The position numbers and the translations under genes were made by a program. 64,000 nt of DNA from Candidatus Muproteobacteria bacterium (GTDB lineage: Bacteria; Pseudomonadota; Gammaproteobacteria; Acidiferrobacterales; SPGG2). Positions 9,325 to 18,055 of the stretch are shown in pieces. Numbering within the stretch: the stretch's first letter is position 1; the number at the start of each line of letters is the position of its first letter. Location: NCBI GenBank assembly GCA_003251795.1, contig QKEI01000055.1:8593-72592 (forward strand), written 5' to 3'. The notes beneath the pieces are model-generated. The model saw nothing but the letters and a program-made list of their open reading frames with translations. It made no database searches and was not told the origin of the DNA.

Positions 9325-10320
9325 CTAGGACGTGGTCCGGGCTTTTTCGGCCCGGCAATACTTCAAGTAGCGCAAGGCGTACTCGTCCTTGGCGGTCAGT
9401 GCGTCGGCAGCATAACGGAATTCCTCGAAGACTTTCGGGGGATTCATGATGGGGTCTACCATCAGGGCATCGCAGCCCGCCAGGATCGCCAGCGTGACGA
9501 AGGCATGGTTGAGCAATTTGCGCCGTGGCAACCCGAAGGACACATTGCTATGCCCACCGAAAATATGAACCTCCGGGTACATCTGCCGGAGCGTCCGCAC
9601 CGCGTCGAGATAGTGATTACCGTAATCAGGTCCGGCTCCGATCGGAAACACCAATGGATCGAGAAAACGGTCGGTGATGGCAATGTTGCCCTTATCCATC
9701 ATCTCCATGCACTGAGTTAGATTGGCTACACGTTCCTCGGCATTCTGCGGCATGCCTGAGCGCCCACTGGCATTGGCGATGAGGATGGCATTCTTTTCGG
9801 TCGCCATTTCCACCAGCACTTGGCGACCCTCTTCCAGATTCACCGAGTTGATAGCCGGCCGGCTTTTGCTGGCGTCGTGCGCCTCGAGTCCGGCATGTAT
9901 GGTCTTGGAATCGGAGGAGTCGATGGCGACGACCGAGTCAGTAATAGATTGCGCAGTTTTGACTAACCACTGCATCCATTCGAAACGTTCCTCCGGGTAG
10001 ACCGACATCTCGTCCACGCAAAGGTCGATAATGTGCGCGCCCGCTTTCTCCTGCGCGCGAATCGCCCAAGTGATGTAATTCAGGTCTTTCTTGCGCAGCG
10101 CCTGGGCGATATGCGGAATCATAAAGCTTTTTTGTTCCGCCGGGTTTTCCGGGAATATATCTGTGCAGTCAAGCATACGTTTGCTGCCGTCGAGATCGGT
10201 ATAGGCGATTCCCACCTTGCCGTCTTCGCGCACCACACGCGGGCTACTGGCCTTGATCTTGCGTGTGGCGTTGAAGTTCTCGCCAATAATTATCAGGCCG
10301 CCCTTGTTGTTGATGCTCAT
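9325..10320 (-). CDS. Pterin-binding methyltetrahydrofolate:corrinoid methyltransferase (MT-II; MetH module-2/AcsE-like)
   Basis: Motifs align with the MetH pterin module: IIGENFNATRK, IIDLCVDE, AIDSSD, INSVN, DPLVFP, GGHSNVSFG. A strong GAGGAGG RBS precedes the start. Confidence 0.8.
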   Translation of the reverse strand: MSINNKGGLIIIGENFNATRKIKASSPRVVREDGKVGIAYTDLDGSKRMLDCTDIFPENPAEQKSFMIPHIAQALRKKDLNYITWAIRAQEKAGAHIIDLCVDEMSVYPEERFEWMQWLVKTAQSITDSVVAIDSSDSKTIHAGLEAHDASKSRPAINSVNLEEGRQVLVEMATEKNAILIANASGRSGMPQNAEERVANLTQCMEMMDKGNIAITDRFLDPLVFPIGAGPDYGNHYLDAVRTLRQMYPEVHIFGGHSNVSFGLPRRKLLNHAFVTLAILAGCDALMVDPIMNPPKVFEEFRYAADALTAKDEYALRYLKYCRAEKARTTS

Positions 10321-10439
10321 TACCCCTCCTCGAAACTCAGATTTGTAAAGGATTGCGCGATGATTGACATCGTTACGTGTGAACCGGCAAATTAATCGAG
10401 ATATTTGTGGTCATCTTGCATAGACGTTTGGCCGGCATC

Positions 10440-10730
10440 TTACGCTTTTGATTTTTGCAGCGCCGTAGCCTTGATCGTGTCGTACTGCGCCTCCAGCTCA
10501 TCCTTAACCGTTTGTGCCACCCCCTGCGCCGTGCCCTCGCGCTCCACGGGTGCACCCCTATTAAAACCTTCGAGATAGGCATCAGTCCCAGCCAGCCCGC
10601 GCTTCATCGCGATCAGATCGATCAATTCTTGGAAGCGACTGCTCAGCTGTTGTTTGCTGGTGCCCGTAGCATCAGTGGCTTCTACCACCGAGGGGATCTC
10701 TTGCCAGTAGAGAATCGAGTATTTGGCCAT
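10440..10730 (-). CDS. Small conserved protein (resembles the 'virulence factor' domain family seen beside corrinoid/THF methyltransferase genes)
   Basis: 96 aa. The pattern YWQEIPSVV...RF..LID..AM..G...TDAYLEGFNRG matches my recollection of that family. AAGGAG RBS 8 nt upstream of the ATG at 10730. Confidence 0.5.
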   Translation of the reverse strand: MAKYSILYWQEIPSVVEATDATGTSKQQLSSRFQELIDLIAMKRGLAGTDAYLEGFNRGAPVEREGTAQGVAQTVKDELEAQYDTIKATALQKSKA

Positions 10731-10861
10731 CAATTATGCTCCTTTTCTAAGCGGCTTGCGGGAACAGCACATTCACATCGGCAATATCGACCTCGCCGGC
10801 GTGGACGCCGACATGGGCATGGTAAAGAATAAGCGATACCGCATCTCAATGGTGATGTCCG

Positions 10862-11533
10862 ATGCTGCAGAGTGAGATCAGCGCCTTCATTCGCGCGCAC
10901 ACAACGGTCGATGCGCCGCCCTTGTGCCCCGAGATCACACTGCATCTGGCGTCGGCGCTTATGCCGATTTGGGAGGCGAGAGAAGCTATGGGTAGCGCTA
11001 CACCACCACCCTATTGGGCCACAGCGTGGGCGGGTGGCCAGGCATTGGCCCGCTATGTGCTGGATCACCGGAGGCTGGTTCTGCATAAGCGCGTTTTGGA
11101 TTTTGGCTCCGGATCCGGGGTTTGCGCTATCGCCGCGGCAAAAGCCGGTGCCGCCAAGGTTCAGGCGGCGGAGCTTGACCCATTCGGTCTGCGAGCTATT
11201 GCTATGAATGCGGCGCTGAATACGGTGATCGTTCATACGATCTCTATCGATATGACTGTCGTCACCAGATGCAACTGGGACGTCGTACTGGCAGGTGATC
11301 TCTGGTACGAGCGCTTGTTCGCCGAGCGCGCTACTGCGTGGCTACGAAACCTGGCAACAAACGGTTGTATTGTCTTGTTAGGTGACATGCGACGTAACTA
11401 CTTTCCAAAACAGGGTATAGAAGAGTTGGCGCGATACTCTGTCGCCACACCCGTTGAGATCGAGCGCGAGCCGATTTCGACCGGCGTTGTTTGGCGCATG
11501 CTGCCCGATGGCATGAGGGCAGCTGTCAGCTGA
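10862..11533 (+). CDS. Class I SAM-dependent methyltransferase (COG3897 / Methyltransf_16-like)
   Basis: SAM motif I VLDFGSGSGVCAIAAAKAGA, then the acidic E of motif II (AAELD) and GDLWYE. It converges on metF with an 8-nt overlap. Confidence 0.7.
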   Translation: MLQSEISAFIRAHTTVDAPPLCPEITLHLASALMPIWEAREAMGSATPPPYWATAWAGGQALARYVLDHRRLVLHKRVLDFGSGSGVCAIAAAKAGAAKVQAAELDPFGLRAIAMNAALNTVIVHTISIDMTVVTRCNWDVVLAGDLWYERLFAERATAWLRNLATNGCIVLLGDMRRNYFPKQGIEELARYSVATPVEIEREPISTGVVWRMLPDGMRAAVS

Positions 11534-12461
11534 TATCGGCGTCGACGCTGAAGCCTTTGCCGTCCTTGGCGAGCGTAAACTCGCCGTCGATTACTGCATA
11601 GCTCCATTTTGCCGACTTGCGCAACCCGCCCAATGGGTACATGTGCACGCCGGCGATGCCGCAGTTGCCGTCGCTGGCGCGATAACGAGCGAGCTCCGTC
11701 AGCAGTCGGTCCGGCGCGGATACGGTCATGAGCTTAGCGAGGTTGCGAGCCTGCTTGGTCAGAAATCGCATGGACGGCCCGATGCCACAGGCTTTCGCGT
11801 GGTTCAATAGTGTCTTCAACGTCGCCAATCCGGGTATGCCGATATAAACAGGCAGCCGGTTGCCCTCCGCCTGAATCTTCCGGTCCCAGTCGATGATCGG
11901 CTGCGCGTCGAAACAGAACTGGGTAACGACATAAAGTCGCGCACCCGTGCGTTCGGCGAAATCGTTCTTCCACTTGAGCGCCTGTTTAATAGCCTCGTCG
12001 GCGATATCTGGGCTCCCCTCGGGATGGCCGGCCACCCCGATCTTGTTGATGCCATATCGATCGAACAGTCCGGTTTCCAGGAGCTGCATGGAGTCGCTGA
12101 ATTCACCCAGCGGCTTATCGATCGCGCCCGCGATCACCAGTGCCTGTGTCAATCCAACCTCCTGCTGCAAGCGCAGTAGACTGCGCTCAAGGAACGCCCT
12201 TGTGGGAATGCTGCGCGCGGCGAGGTGCGGCACCGGGTTGAAGCCTTCTTGCTGCAGGCGCTTAGCGACGGCGATGGTCTGGTCGAAATCCGACCCTGGC
12301 AGAAAAGTGATGTAGACGGTGGTGCCCGGACGCAGATGCTGGCGATAATCGGCGATCTTGGCGGCCGCCCCCGGGGTCGTTTCGGCGGTAAAGCCCGACA
12401 TCAAGTCGATGATTTGTTGCTTCACGTTGCCGCCGGCCGCGGCCTCGTTCGCCAGTGACAT
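11526..12461 (-). CDS. metF: Methylenetetrahydrofolate reductase (MetF-family, copy 1)
   Basis: MTHFR-fold motifs: TPGAA.., YITFLPG, VPHLAARS, GVAGHPEGSP, VTQFCFD. The start is ambiguous (ATG 12461 vs GTG 12482). Confidence 0.8.
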   Translation of the reverse strand: MSLANEAAAGGNVKQQIIDLMSGFTAETTPGAAAKIADYRQHLRPGTTVYITFLPGSDFDQTIAVAKRLQQEGFNPVPHLAARSIPTRAFLERSLLRLQQEVGLTQALVIAGAIDKPLGEFSDSMQLLETGLFDRYGINKIGVAGHPEGSPDIADEAIKQALKWKNDFAERTGARLYVVTQFCFDAQPIIDWDRKIQAEGNRLPVYIGIPGLATLKTLLNHAKACGIGPSMRFLTKQARNLAKLMTVSAPDRLLTELARYRASDGNCGIAGVHMYPLGGLRKSAKWSYAVIDGEFTLAKDGKGFSVDADIS

Positions 12462-12558
12462 GATTAACCCTGCAGCCTGCACGGAATAAGGCGTAAGGAA
12501 TCATCTTAGCATTCACCTCGCGCGCAGAGCTATGCATGCGGATCATATCTGACCAGCG

Positions 12559-13542
12559 TCAGGCGCGCGCTTCAGCAAGCTCTACCGTAATCTTTACCGG
12601 TCCCAGCAGGCGTTCGATCTCGCTGTATGACGGCGCTGCGGCCTTCGCGCGCGCACCCAGGGCCTCGCTCATGGCGCGCAGGTGCACCGGCGTGGTGCCG
12701 CAACAACCGCCGATGATACGCGCACCGGCATCACGCGCGAGGCAGGCGTAATCCGCCATAATCTGCGGGGTGCCGTCATACTCGATCTTGCCCCCCTTGC
12801 CGATATGCGGCACGCCACAGTTACTCTTGGCGACAATCACTTGATCGGCGCTGGCGCCTTTCTTGAGGCCGATCACCGAGTCGAGCAGCTGCGCCGGACC
12901 CACGCCGCAATTGGCGCCGAAGGCGATCGGTTTCACGTCGAGATCATGCGTAAGGCGTATCGCATCATGCGGCTTCATGCCCATCATGGTGCGCCCGCCG
13001 GTATCGAACGTCATGGTGGCCACGTACGGCAAACCGGCGCGCACGACACCTCGGATTGCTGCAAACAGCTCGTCATGCGAGTACATGGTTTCGATCCAGG
13101 CGATGTCGGCGCCGCCTTCTTTCAACGCAGCAGCTTGCTCGGCGAAGGCGTCTTCGGCTTCCTGCGCAGTGCGCTCCCCTAGCGGTTCCAATAGATCGCC
13201 CGTAGGTCCAATGTCGCCAGCGACGATGACGGTACGACCGGCCGCATCGGCAACCTCCCGTGCCAGTGTGGCGGCGGCACGATTGACTTCGTGCACGCGG
13301 CCTTCGATGCGATGCAGTTTGAAGCGGTAGCGGTTAGCGGTAAATGAATTGGTCAAAATGATGTCGGCACCCGCGTCGATGAAGCCCTGATGGATAGAGC
13401 ACACACGGTCCGGGTGGTCTATGCACCAGACCTCGCCGGCGGCGCCATTCGCGAGGCCGAGATCGAATAGGTTGGTTCCCATGGCGCCATCGGCCAAAAC
13501 GACATCTTTCTTTGCCAGTAGCTGGCTCAACGGGTTTGACAT
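12559..13542 (-). CDS. Homocysteine S-methyltransferase domain protein (MetH module-1-like, Zn-dependent)
   Basis: DGAMGT, GADIILTNSF, ANCGVGP and GGCCGTTP (the Zn Cys triad is intact). I chose the ATG at 13542 with GGAG upstream; the ORF-track extension is Arg-rich and overlaps the regulator gene. Confidence 0.85.
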   Translation of the reverse strand: MSNPLSQLLAKKDVVLADGAMGTNLFDLGLANGAAGEVWCIDHPDRVCSIHQGFIDAGADIILTNSFTANRYRFKLHRIEGRVHEVNRAAATLAREVADAAGRTVIVAGDIGPTGDLLEPLGERTAQEAEDAFAEQAAALKEGGADIAWIETMYSHDELFAAIRGVVRAGLPYVATMTFDTGGRTMMGMKPHDAIRLTHDLDVKPIAFGANCGVGPAQLLDSVIGLKKGASADQVIVAKSNCGVPHIGKGGKIEYDGTPQIMADYACLARDAGARIIGGCCGTTPVHLRAMSEALGARAKAAAPSYSEIERLLGPVKITVELAEARA

Positions 13543-13564
13543 AACTGCTCTCCTTGGACGGCTG

Positions 13565-14590
13565 TCAGGCCGCTTCCGATCGGCGGCGAGAAGGCGCACG
13601 CCTGCTTTGTATGCTTGTCCACAGCGACACCGTGAGTTTATCGCTTCTTGATTTGGCGGATGCGCTGAGGTGTCGGACGTTCGCATCGACCAGGCCCGCA
13701 GCGCGGCACCAGCCCATCACCTCATCATCCGCGAATCCGAGACGGCGATGTGCAAATTCGGTGCGCAAGAACTCCAGCTGGTGGCGCGCGAAGTCTACTA
13801 TCAACAGACGTCCCTCTGGTTTTAGCGTGCGCGCCGCCTCCGCCACGGCGGCGCCAGGGTTGTCGAGAAAGTGCAAGACGTGGTGAATCGTCACGGCGTC
13901 GAACGATGCATCGGGCACCGGCAGGTTGTAGATGTCGCCATGGCGCACTTGGCAATGGCGCAGGTTCAGCGCCTCCAGGTTCGCGCGCGCGACGGCAAGC
14001 ATCTCACGACTGCTGTCGATCCCGAGACCGCGCTTGATACGAGGCGCGAACACCTGCAGGATGCGCCCGGTACCCGTGCCAAGATCGAGCAGCTCCGCGA
14101 TGGGTTTGTCACTTAATGCCTCGAGCATAGCCTGTTCGACTTTCGCCTCGGCCACGTACAAGGAGCGAATCGAGTCCCAATCCGCAGCATTGCGTCGGAA
14201 GTATTCCGCTGCGGCTGCTGCATGTTCCTTAATAATGGTATCGAGTCGTTGCAGGTCACGACCAAGCTGGGGATCATTGGCCGGTACCAGCTCAAGTAGG
14301 TTGTGCGCCAGAAGTGCGCCCAAGCCGCGATCCGCCACGCGGTAAAACACCCATGCACCCTCCGGCGAACGCTCTACCAAACCGGCGTCGCACAGTAGCT
14401 TCAGATGGCGGCTTACGCGTGGCTGACTCTGACCGAGGATACGCGTGAGCTCTGATACCGTGAGCTCGGCGCGCCCCAGTAATGCCAACAGGCGCAATCG
14501 CGTATGCTCACCAGCTGCGCGTAAGGCTGTTAATAGCGGTTCCACGGATAGTGCGGCGGGTTTATTAAGAGTCGATACGTATATAAACAT
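13565..14590 (-). CDS. sahR: ArsR-type HTH fused to a SAM-methyltransferase-fold domain (SahR-like SAH-responsive regulator of the methionine/C1 cycle)
   Basis: The N-terminal ArsR wHTH (EHTRLRLLALL..LTVSELTRILGQSQPRVSRHLKLL) is followed by LDLGTGTGRIL and an acidic loop of a class I MT fold. It lies immediately upstream of the Hcy-MT and metF genes. The start is uncertain (ATG 14590 or GTG 14545). Confidence 0.7.
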   Translation of the reverse strand: MFIYVSTLNKPAALSVEPLLTALRAAGEHTRLRLLALLGRAELTVSELTRILGQSQPRVSRHLKLLCDAGLVERSPEGAWVFYRVADRGLGALLAHNLLELVPANDPQLGRDLQRLDTIIKEHAAAAAEYFRRNAADWDSIRSLYVAEAKVEQAMLEALSDKPIAELLDLGTGTGRILQVFAPRIKRGLGIDSSREMLAVARANLEALNLRHCQVRHGDIYNLPVPDASFDAVTIHHVLHFLDNPGAAVAEAARTLKPEGRLLIVDFARHQLEFLRTEFAHRRLGFADDEVMGWCRAAGLVDANVRHLSASAKSRSDKLTVSLWTSIQSRRAPSRRRSEAA

Positions 14591-14600
14591 ATCTTTATAT
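14581..14600. promoter_or_regulatory. Operator candidate ATATAA-ACATATCT-TTATAT
   Basis: Same arms and spacing. It overlaps the annotated ATG of the SahR-like regulator. Confidence 0.6.
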
Positions 14601-14802
14601 AACCCGTCAACCGACGGAACCCTTGCCCGTTAGCAGTTCAGCGCATCGCCGCTGTTCTGCGTGGTGGCACAGCAACGCGGAAGATGCATGCATGGTATGC
14701 GCTAGGCGCCGGCAATTCGTTTGCGCCATTGCAGTGCGTTGCTAAAATGCGGCAGGTTGTTGCTATCACAATGTCCGCCGCAGCTCGAAGGAGTGCGCAA
14801 AC

Positions 14803-15378
14803 ATGTACGCCAAACGCTTCCCGATTCCGGAGTTTAACCGTGACGAGCTCAAGGATTTGTCGTGGAGCGAGCCGAGCTTTCTCTCCAAAGACGAGATCGC
14901 TCAACTCATCGCCCGACAGAAGTCGGCAGACACTAACGCCTACGGCGGCTATGCGGTCAGCCCCGACGATGCGCTTTTTGCAAAGCTCAAGGTAGAGGGG
15001 AGTCACAGGCACGCAGTGATGTGCGTGTTGCCCGATAAACCGGTGAGCCTGCTCGGACGTTCGTGCGCTTGGGCGTTGCAGCGTGCCATTGTGCTCGATA
15101 GCCTCGACCCTGACCGTTGCCAAGCCATCGTCGATTGGCGTACACCGCGGCCGATGAACACCCGTTTGGGGCCCGAGGACGGTGTGTCCATAGCTGGCGG
15201 TATTATCTATGCTATCTGCGGCCACAAGGTCGGCGACCACTGGGTAGGCAACCGTACCCGCCTAGAGCGGACATGGCGCGGACTACCGGCAGGTGAAGGT
15301 CTAGCAGTGCTTTCGAGTTATAACCCGGAGATCAACGATTTTCACGACTGCAACCTCTACTTCTCCTGGGCAGCCTAG
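14803..15378 (+). CDS. Hypothetical protein
   Basis: 191-aa ORF with a coding-like composition and no motif I recognise. Confidence 0.4.
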   Translation: MYAKRFPIPEFNRDELKDLSWSEPSFLSKDEIAQLIARQKSADTNAYGGYAVSPDDALFAKLKVEGSHRHAVMCVLPDKPVSLLGRSCAWALQRAIVLDSLDPDRCQAIVDWRTPRPMNTRLGPEDGVSIAGGIIYAICGHKVGDHWVGNRTRLERTWRGLPAGEGLAVLSSYNPEINDFHDCNLYFSWAA

Positions 15379-15466
15379 CCCGGTTTTGGCGGGGGCCGCA
15401 ACACGACGCCGACGGGGAGCACCAGGTTCCGGCCCGAGGCCACGCTAAGCGGCCGCTAATACACCT

Positions 15467-16678
15467 ATGCCTGAGGTCTTCGCCGTCGTCGGAGCTGGCC
15501 ACTGTGCGGGGCAAGCGGCCGCCAGCCTGCGTCAGCAAGGCTTCGCGGGTGACATCGTGATCATCGGCGAAGAGCCGCATGTCCCCTATCAACGACCGCC
15601 TTTGTCGAAGAAATTTCTCATCGGCGAGCTGCCGCTCGAGCGCGTGTACCTGCGCCCGCCAAAATTTTACCGGGACAACAATATCGAACTCTTGCTCGAT
15701 ACCCGGGTAGTGGCGTTGCGTCGGCGCGAGCATGAAATCGTCCTCGCGGACGGCAGGCGGCGGCACTACGATAAGCTGCTGTTGGCGACCGGCAGCAGCC
15801 CAAGACGCTTGCAGGTTACCGGCGTAGATTTGCCAGGCATCTGCTACTTGCGAACGATCGCCGATGCGCAACGCATACAACCGCACTTGCGGGCCGAGAA
15901 GAACCTGGTTGTTATTGGCGGAGGCTACATCGGCTTGGAAGTGAGCGCAGTGGCCGCACAACGCCGGATGCGAGTCACCCTGCTCGAAGTTGACGGTCGT
16001 ATTCTCAATCGTGTTGCTGCGCCGGTGATCTCGGATTTCTTTGTGCAACTGCATCGCCAGCACGGTGTCGACATCCGTTGTAACGCGCGCGTGCTGCGTT
16101 TCGAGGGCAGCGAACGGGTGACCGGTGTGATCTGTGAGGATGGTCGCATAGAGGCGGACTTGGTCGTTATCGGCATAGGAATTGCGCCCAATACCGAGTT
16201 AGCACAATCCGCTGGTTTGCCGTGCGGCAATGGCATTATTGTTGACGAGTACTGTCAGACCGCCGATGCCGCTATCTTCGCCGCCGGTGACTGTAGCAAC
16301 CACCCTAATCCATTGTTGCAGCGCCGCCTGCGTCTGGAGTCGGTACACAATGCCGTCGAGCAGGGTAAGACGGCGGCCGCCAATATGTGTGCCAAAGGGC
16401 AGCGCTATGCGGAAATACCGTGGTTTTGGTCTGACCAGTACGACGTCAAGTTGCAGATCGTTGGCCTGGCAGCCGGTTACGATCAGTTGGTGCAGCGCGG
16501 CCGTATGGAGGAAGGTGGGTTCGCGCTGTTTTACCTGAAGGACGGTGTGCTTATCGCGGTCGATGCTATCAACAACCCTAGAGAATACATGGCTTGCAAA
16601 AAATTGATCCCGCAGCGGCTACGCATCGCCCCTGAACGCTTGGCCGATCCGACCGTTGCGATGCAGGACATGGCCTAG
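15467..16678 (+). CDS. NAD(P)H:ferredoxin reductase (putidaredoxin/rubredoxin-reductase-type FAD oxidoreductase)
   Basis: Two Rossmann motifs (VVGAGHCAG, VIGGGYIGLE), the PPLSK motif and a C-terminal reductase dimerisation-domain pattern WFWSDQYD. Confidence 0.85.
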   Translation: MPEVFAVVGAGHCAGQAAASLRQQGFAGDIVIIGEEPHVPYQRPPLSKKFLIGELPLERVYLRPPKFYRDNNIELLLDTRVVALRRREHEIVLADGRRRHYDKLLLATGSSPRRLQVTGVDLPGICYLRTIADAQRIQPHLRAEKNLVVIGGGYIGLEVSAVAAQRRMRVTLLEVDGRILNRVAAPVISDFFVQLHRQHGVDIRCNARVLRFEGSERVTGVICEDGRIEADLVVIGIGIAPNTELAQSAGLPCGNGIIVDEYCQTADAAIFAAGDCSNHPNPLLQRRLRLESVHNAVEQGKTAAANMCAKGQRYAEIPWFWSDQYDVKLQIVGLAAGYDQLVQRGRMEEGGFALFYLKDGVLIAVDAINNPREYMACKKLIPQRLRIAPERLADPTVAMQDMA

Positions 16679-16681
16679 GTG

Positions 16682-17002
16682 ATGGCCAAGGTTACGTTCA
16701 TTCAGCCAGATCATCGTCGGCGAACGGTGGAAATCGAAAACGGTTATACGGTCATGCAGGGGGCGACCGCGAACAACATAGCAGGTATTAAAGCGGAATG
16801 CGGTGGGGCTTGTTCCTGTTCGACCTGCCATTGTTATGTCGAGACCACGTGGTTTGATCGGCTACCGCCGGTGGAGGACGAAGAAGCCGGTCTACTTGAG
16901 TTCGCGTGGGAGCCGAAGCCAACGAGCCGTCTCACCTGTCAGCTCGTCGTGACCGACGAGCTTGATGGGTTGATCCTGTATGTACCGGAGCAGCAGCTGT
17001 AG
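16682..17002 (+). CDS. [2Fe-2S] ferredoxin, adrenodoxin/putidaredoxin type
   Basis: The cluster motif CGGACSCSTCHC...C (TCQ) is present. It abuts the reductase stop codon. Confidence 0.85.
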   Translation: MAKVTFIQPDHRRRTVEIENGYTVMQGATANNIAGIKAECGGACSCSTCHCYVETTWFDRLPPVEDEEAGLLEFAWEPKPTSRLTCQLVVTDELDGLILYVPEQQL

Positions 17003-17099
17003 CGTAGCCCAAGCTTGGAGAAGTGACGCCCTCAAGTGACACGGCGATCATGTGTTTCGCTTTCGCGCATGAAGTTCGATAAGATCGAACGAGCCAATT

Positions 17100-17124
17100 C
17101 CCGAGAATAGTCGGGGTGTTTTTT
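17100..17124 (+). terminator. Weak rho-independent terminator candidate after the ferredoxin gene
   Basis: 5-bp stem CCCGA/TCGGG, a 6-nt loop, then GTGTTTTTTG. Confidence 0.3.
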
Positions 17125-17138
17125 GTGGGGAGCAAGAC

Positions 17139-17456
17139 ATGAGTGAGACCGGAATCAATTGGTATCGGGTAGCGGATTTGGACGAGTTGGCGGAGGGTGC
17201 GGTAAAGAAGGTCATCGCTGGCGAGCGAACCATTGCGCTTACGCATTTTGAAGGAAAATACGGCGCGCTCGACAACACCTGTCCTCATATGGGTGGTCCG
17301 CTGGCGGAGGGAACCATCGATTTCGGCGTCCTGATTTGTCCATGGCATGGCCGCGAGTATCATCCGCTCACGGGCGAGTGCGAAGCCTACGGTGAAGCAG
17401 TAACCACTTTTCCGGTAGAGGTGCGTAGCGACGGTATCTACATCGGTGTTTCATAG
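17139..17456 (+). CDS. Small soluble Rieske [2Fe-2S] protein (NirD/ferredoxin-like)
   Basis: CPHMGGPL ... CPWHGREY Rieske motifs. 105 aa with no signal peptide. Confidence 0.8.
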   Translation: MSETGINWYRVADLDELAEGAVKKVIAGERTIALTHFEGKYGALDNTCPHMGGPLAEGTIDFGVLICPWHGREYHPLTGECEAYGEAVTTFPVEVRSDGIYIGVS

Positions 17457-17550
17457 CAGTCGGTGACCACACGCTTGACAGTGTCAGTAGGCGTGATGCA
17501 AGGTCTGCGCGGACTGTGTGCTGTCTCTTTTCGTGCAAGTGAGGTGGTGA

Positions 17551-18042
17551 ATGGTTAATAGGCGTGGTTTCATAAAGGTTAGTTGTACCGGCGTTGCCGG
17601 ACTTGTGGTTGCTCGACATGGCATGCATTCTGTGGCGGCGCAGTCGCCTCAGACATCGGTCTACCCGATTGTCGATATTGCGCCGTTGTCGTCCATTGCC
17701 CGCGGTGCTGCCATTCCGTTCAGTTATCCCGACGAGCGCTCGCCGGCGCTGCTGCTACGGGTCAACGAACCCGCTGCCGCAGGCGTCGGTCCGAACAACG
17801 AAATCGTTGCCTATTCCACCCTGTGCACCCATAAGGGATGTCCCGTCAGTTACAAGCCTGAGCGCAAGCTGTTCATCTGTCCATGCCACTGGAGCACCTT
17901 CGATCCCGTGAAGTCGGGCACGCTCGTGATCGGCCAGGCGAGCGAAGCGCTGCCGCAGATTAATCTGCGCGTGCTCGCGGGCATGGTGCAGGCGCAGGGT
18001 GTGAGCGGCCTGATTTACGGCCGTTACACAAATATCGTTTAG
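17551..18042 (+). CDS. aioB: Arsenite oxidase small (Rieske) subunit with Tat signal
   Basis: Twin-arginine NRRGFIK, Rieske CTHKGCP...CPCHWSTFD and the C-terminal GLIYGR..N.. are typical of AioB. Confidence 0.85.
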   Translation: MVNRRGFIKVSCTGVAGLVVARHGMHSVAAQSPQTSVYPIVDIAPLSSIARGAAIPFSYPDERSPALLLRVNEPAAAGVGPNNEIVAYSTLCTHKGCPVSYKPERKLFICPCHWSTFDPVKSGTLVIGQASEALPQINLRVLAGMVQAQGVSGLIYGRYTNIV

Positions 18043-18055
18043 CTGGGATGCGCTA

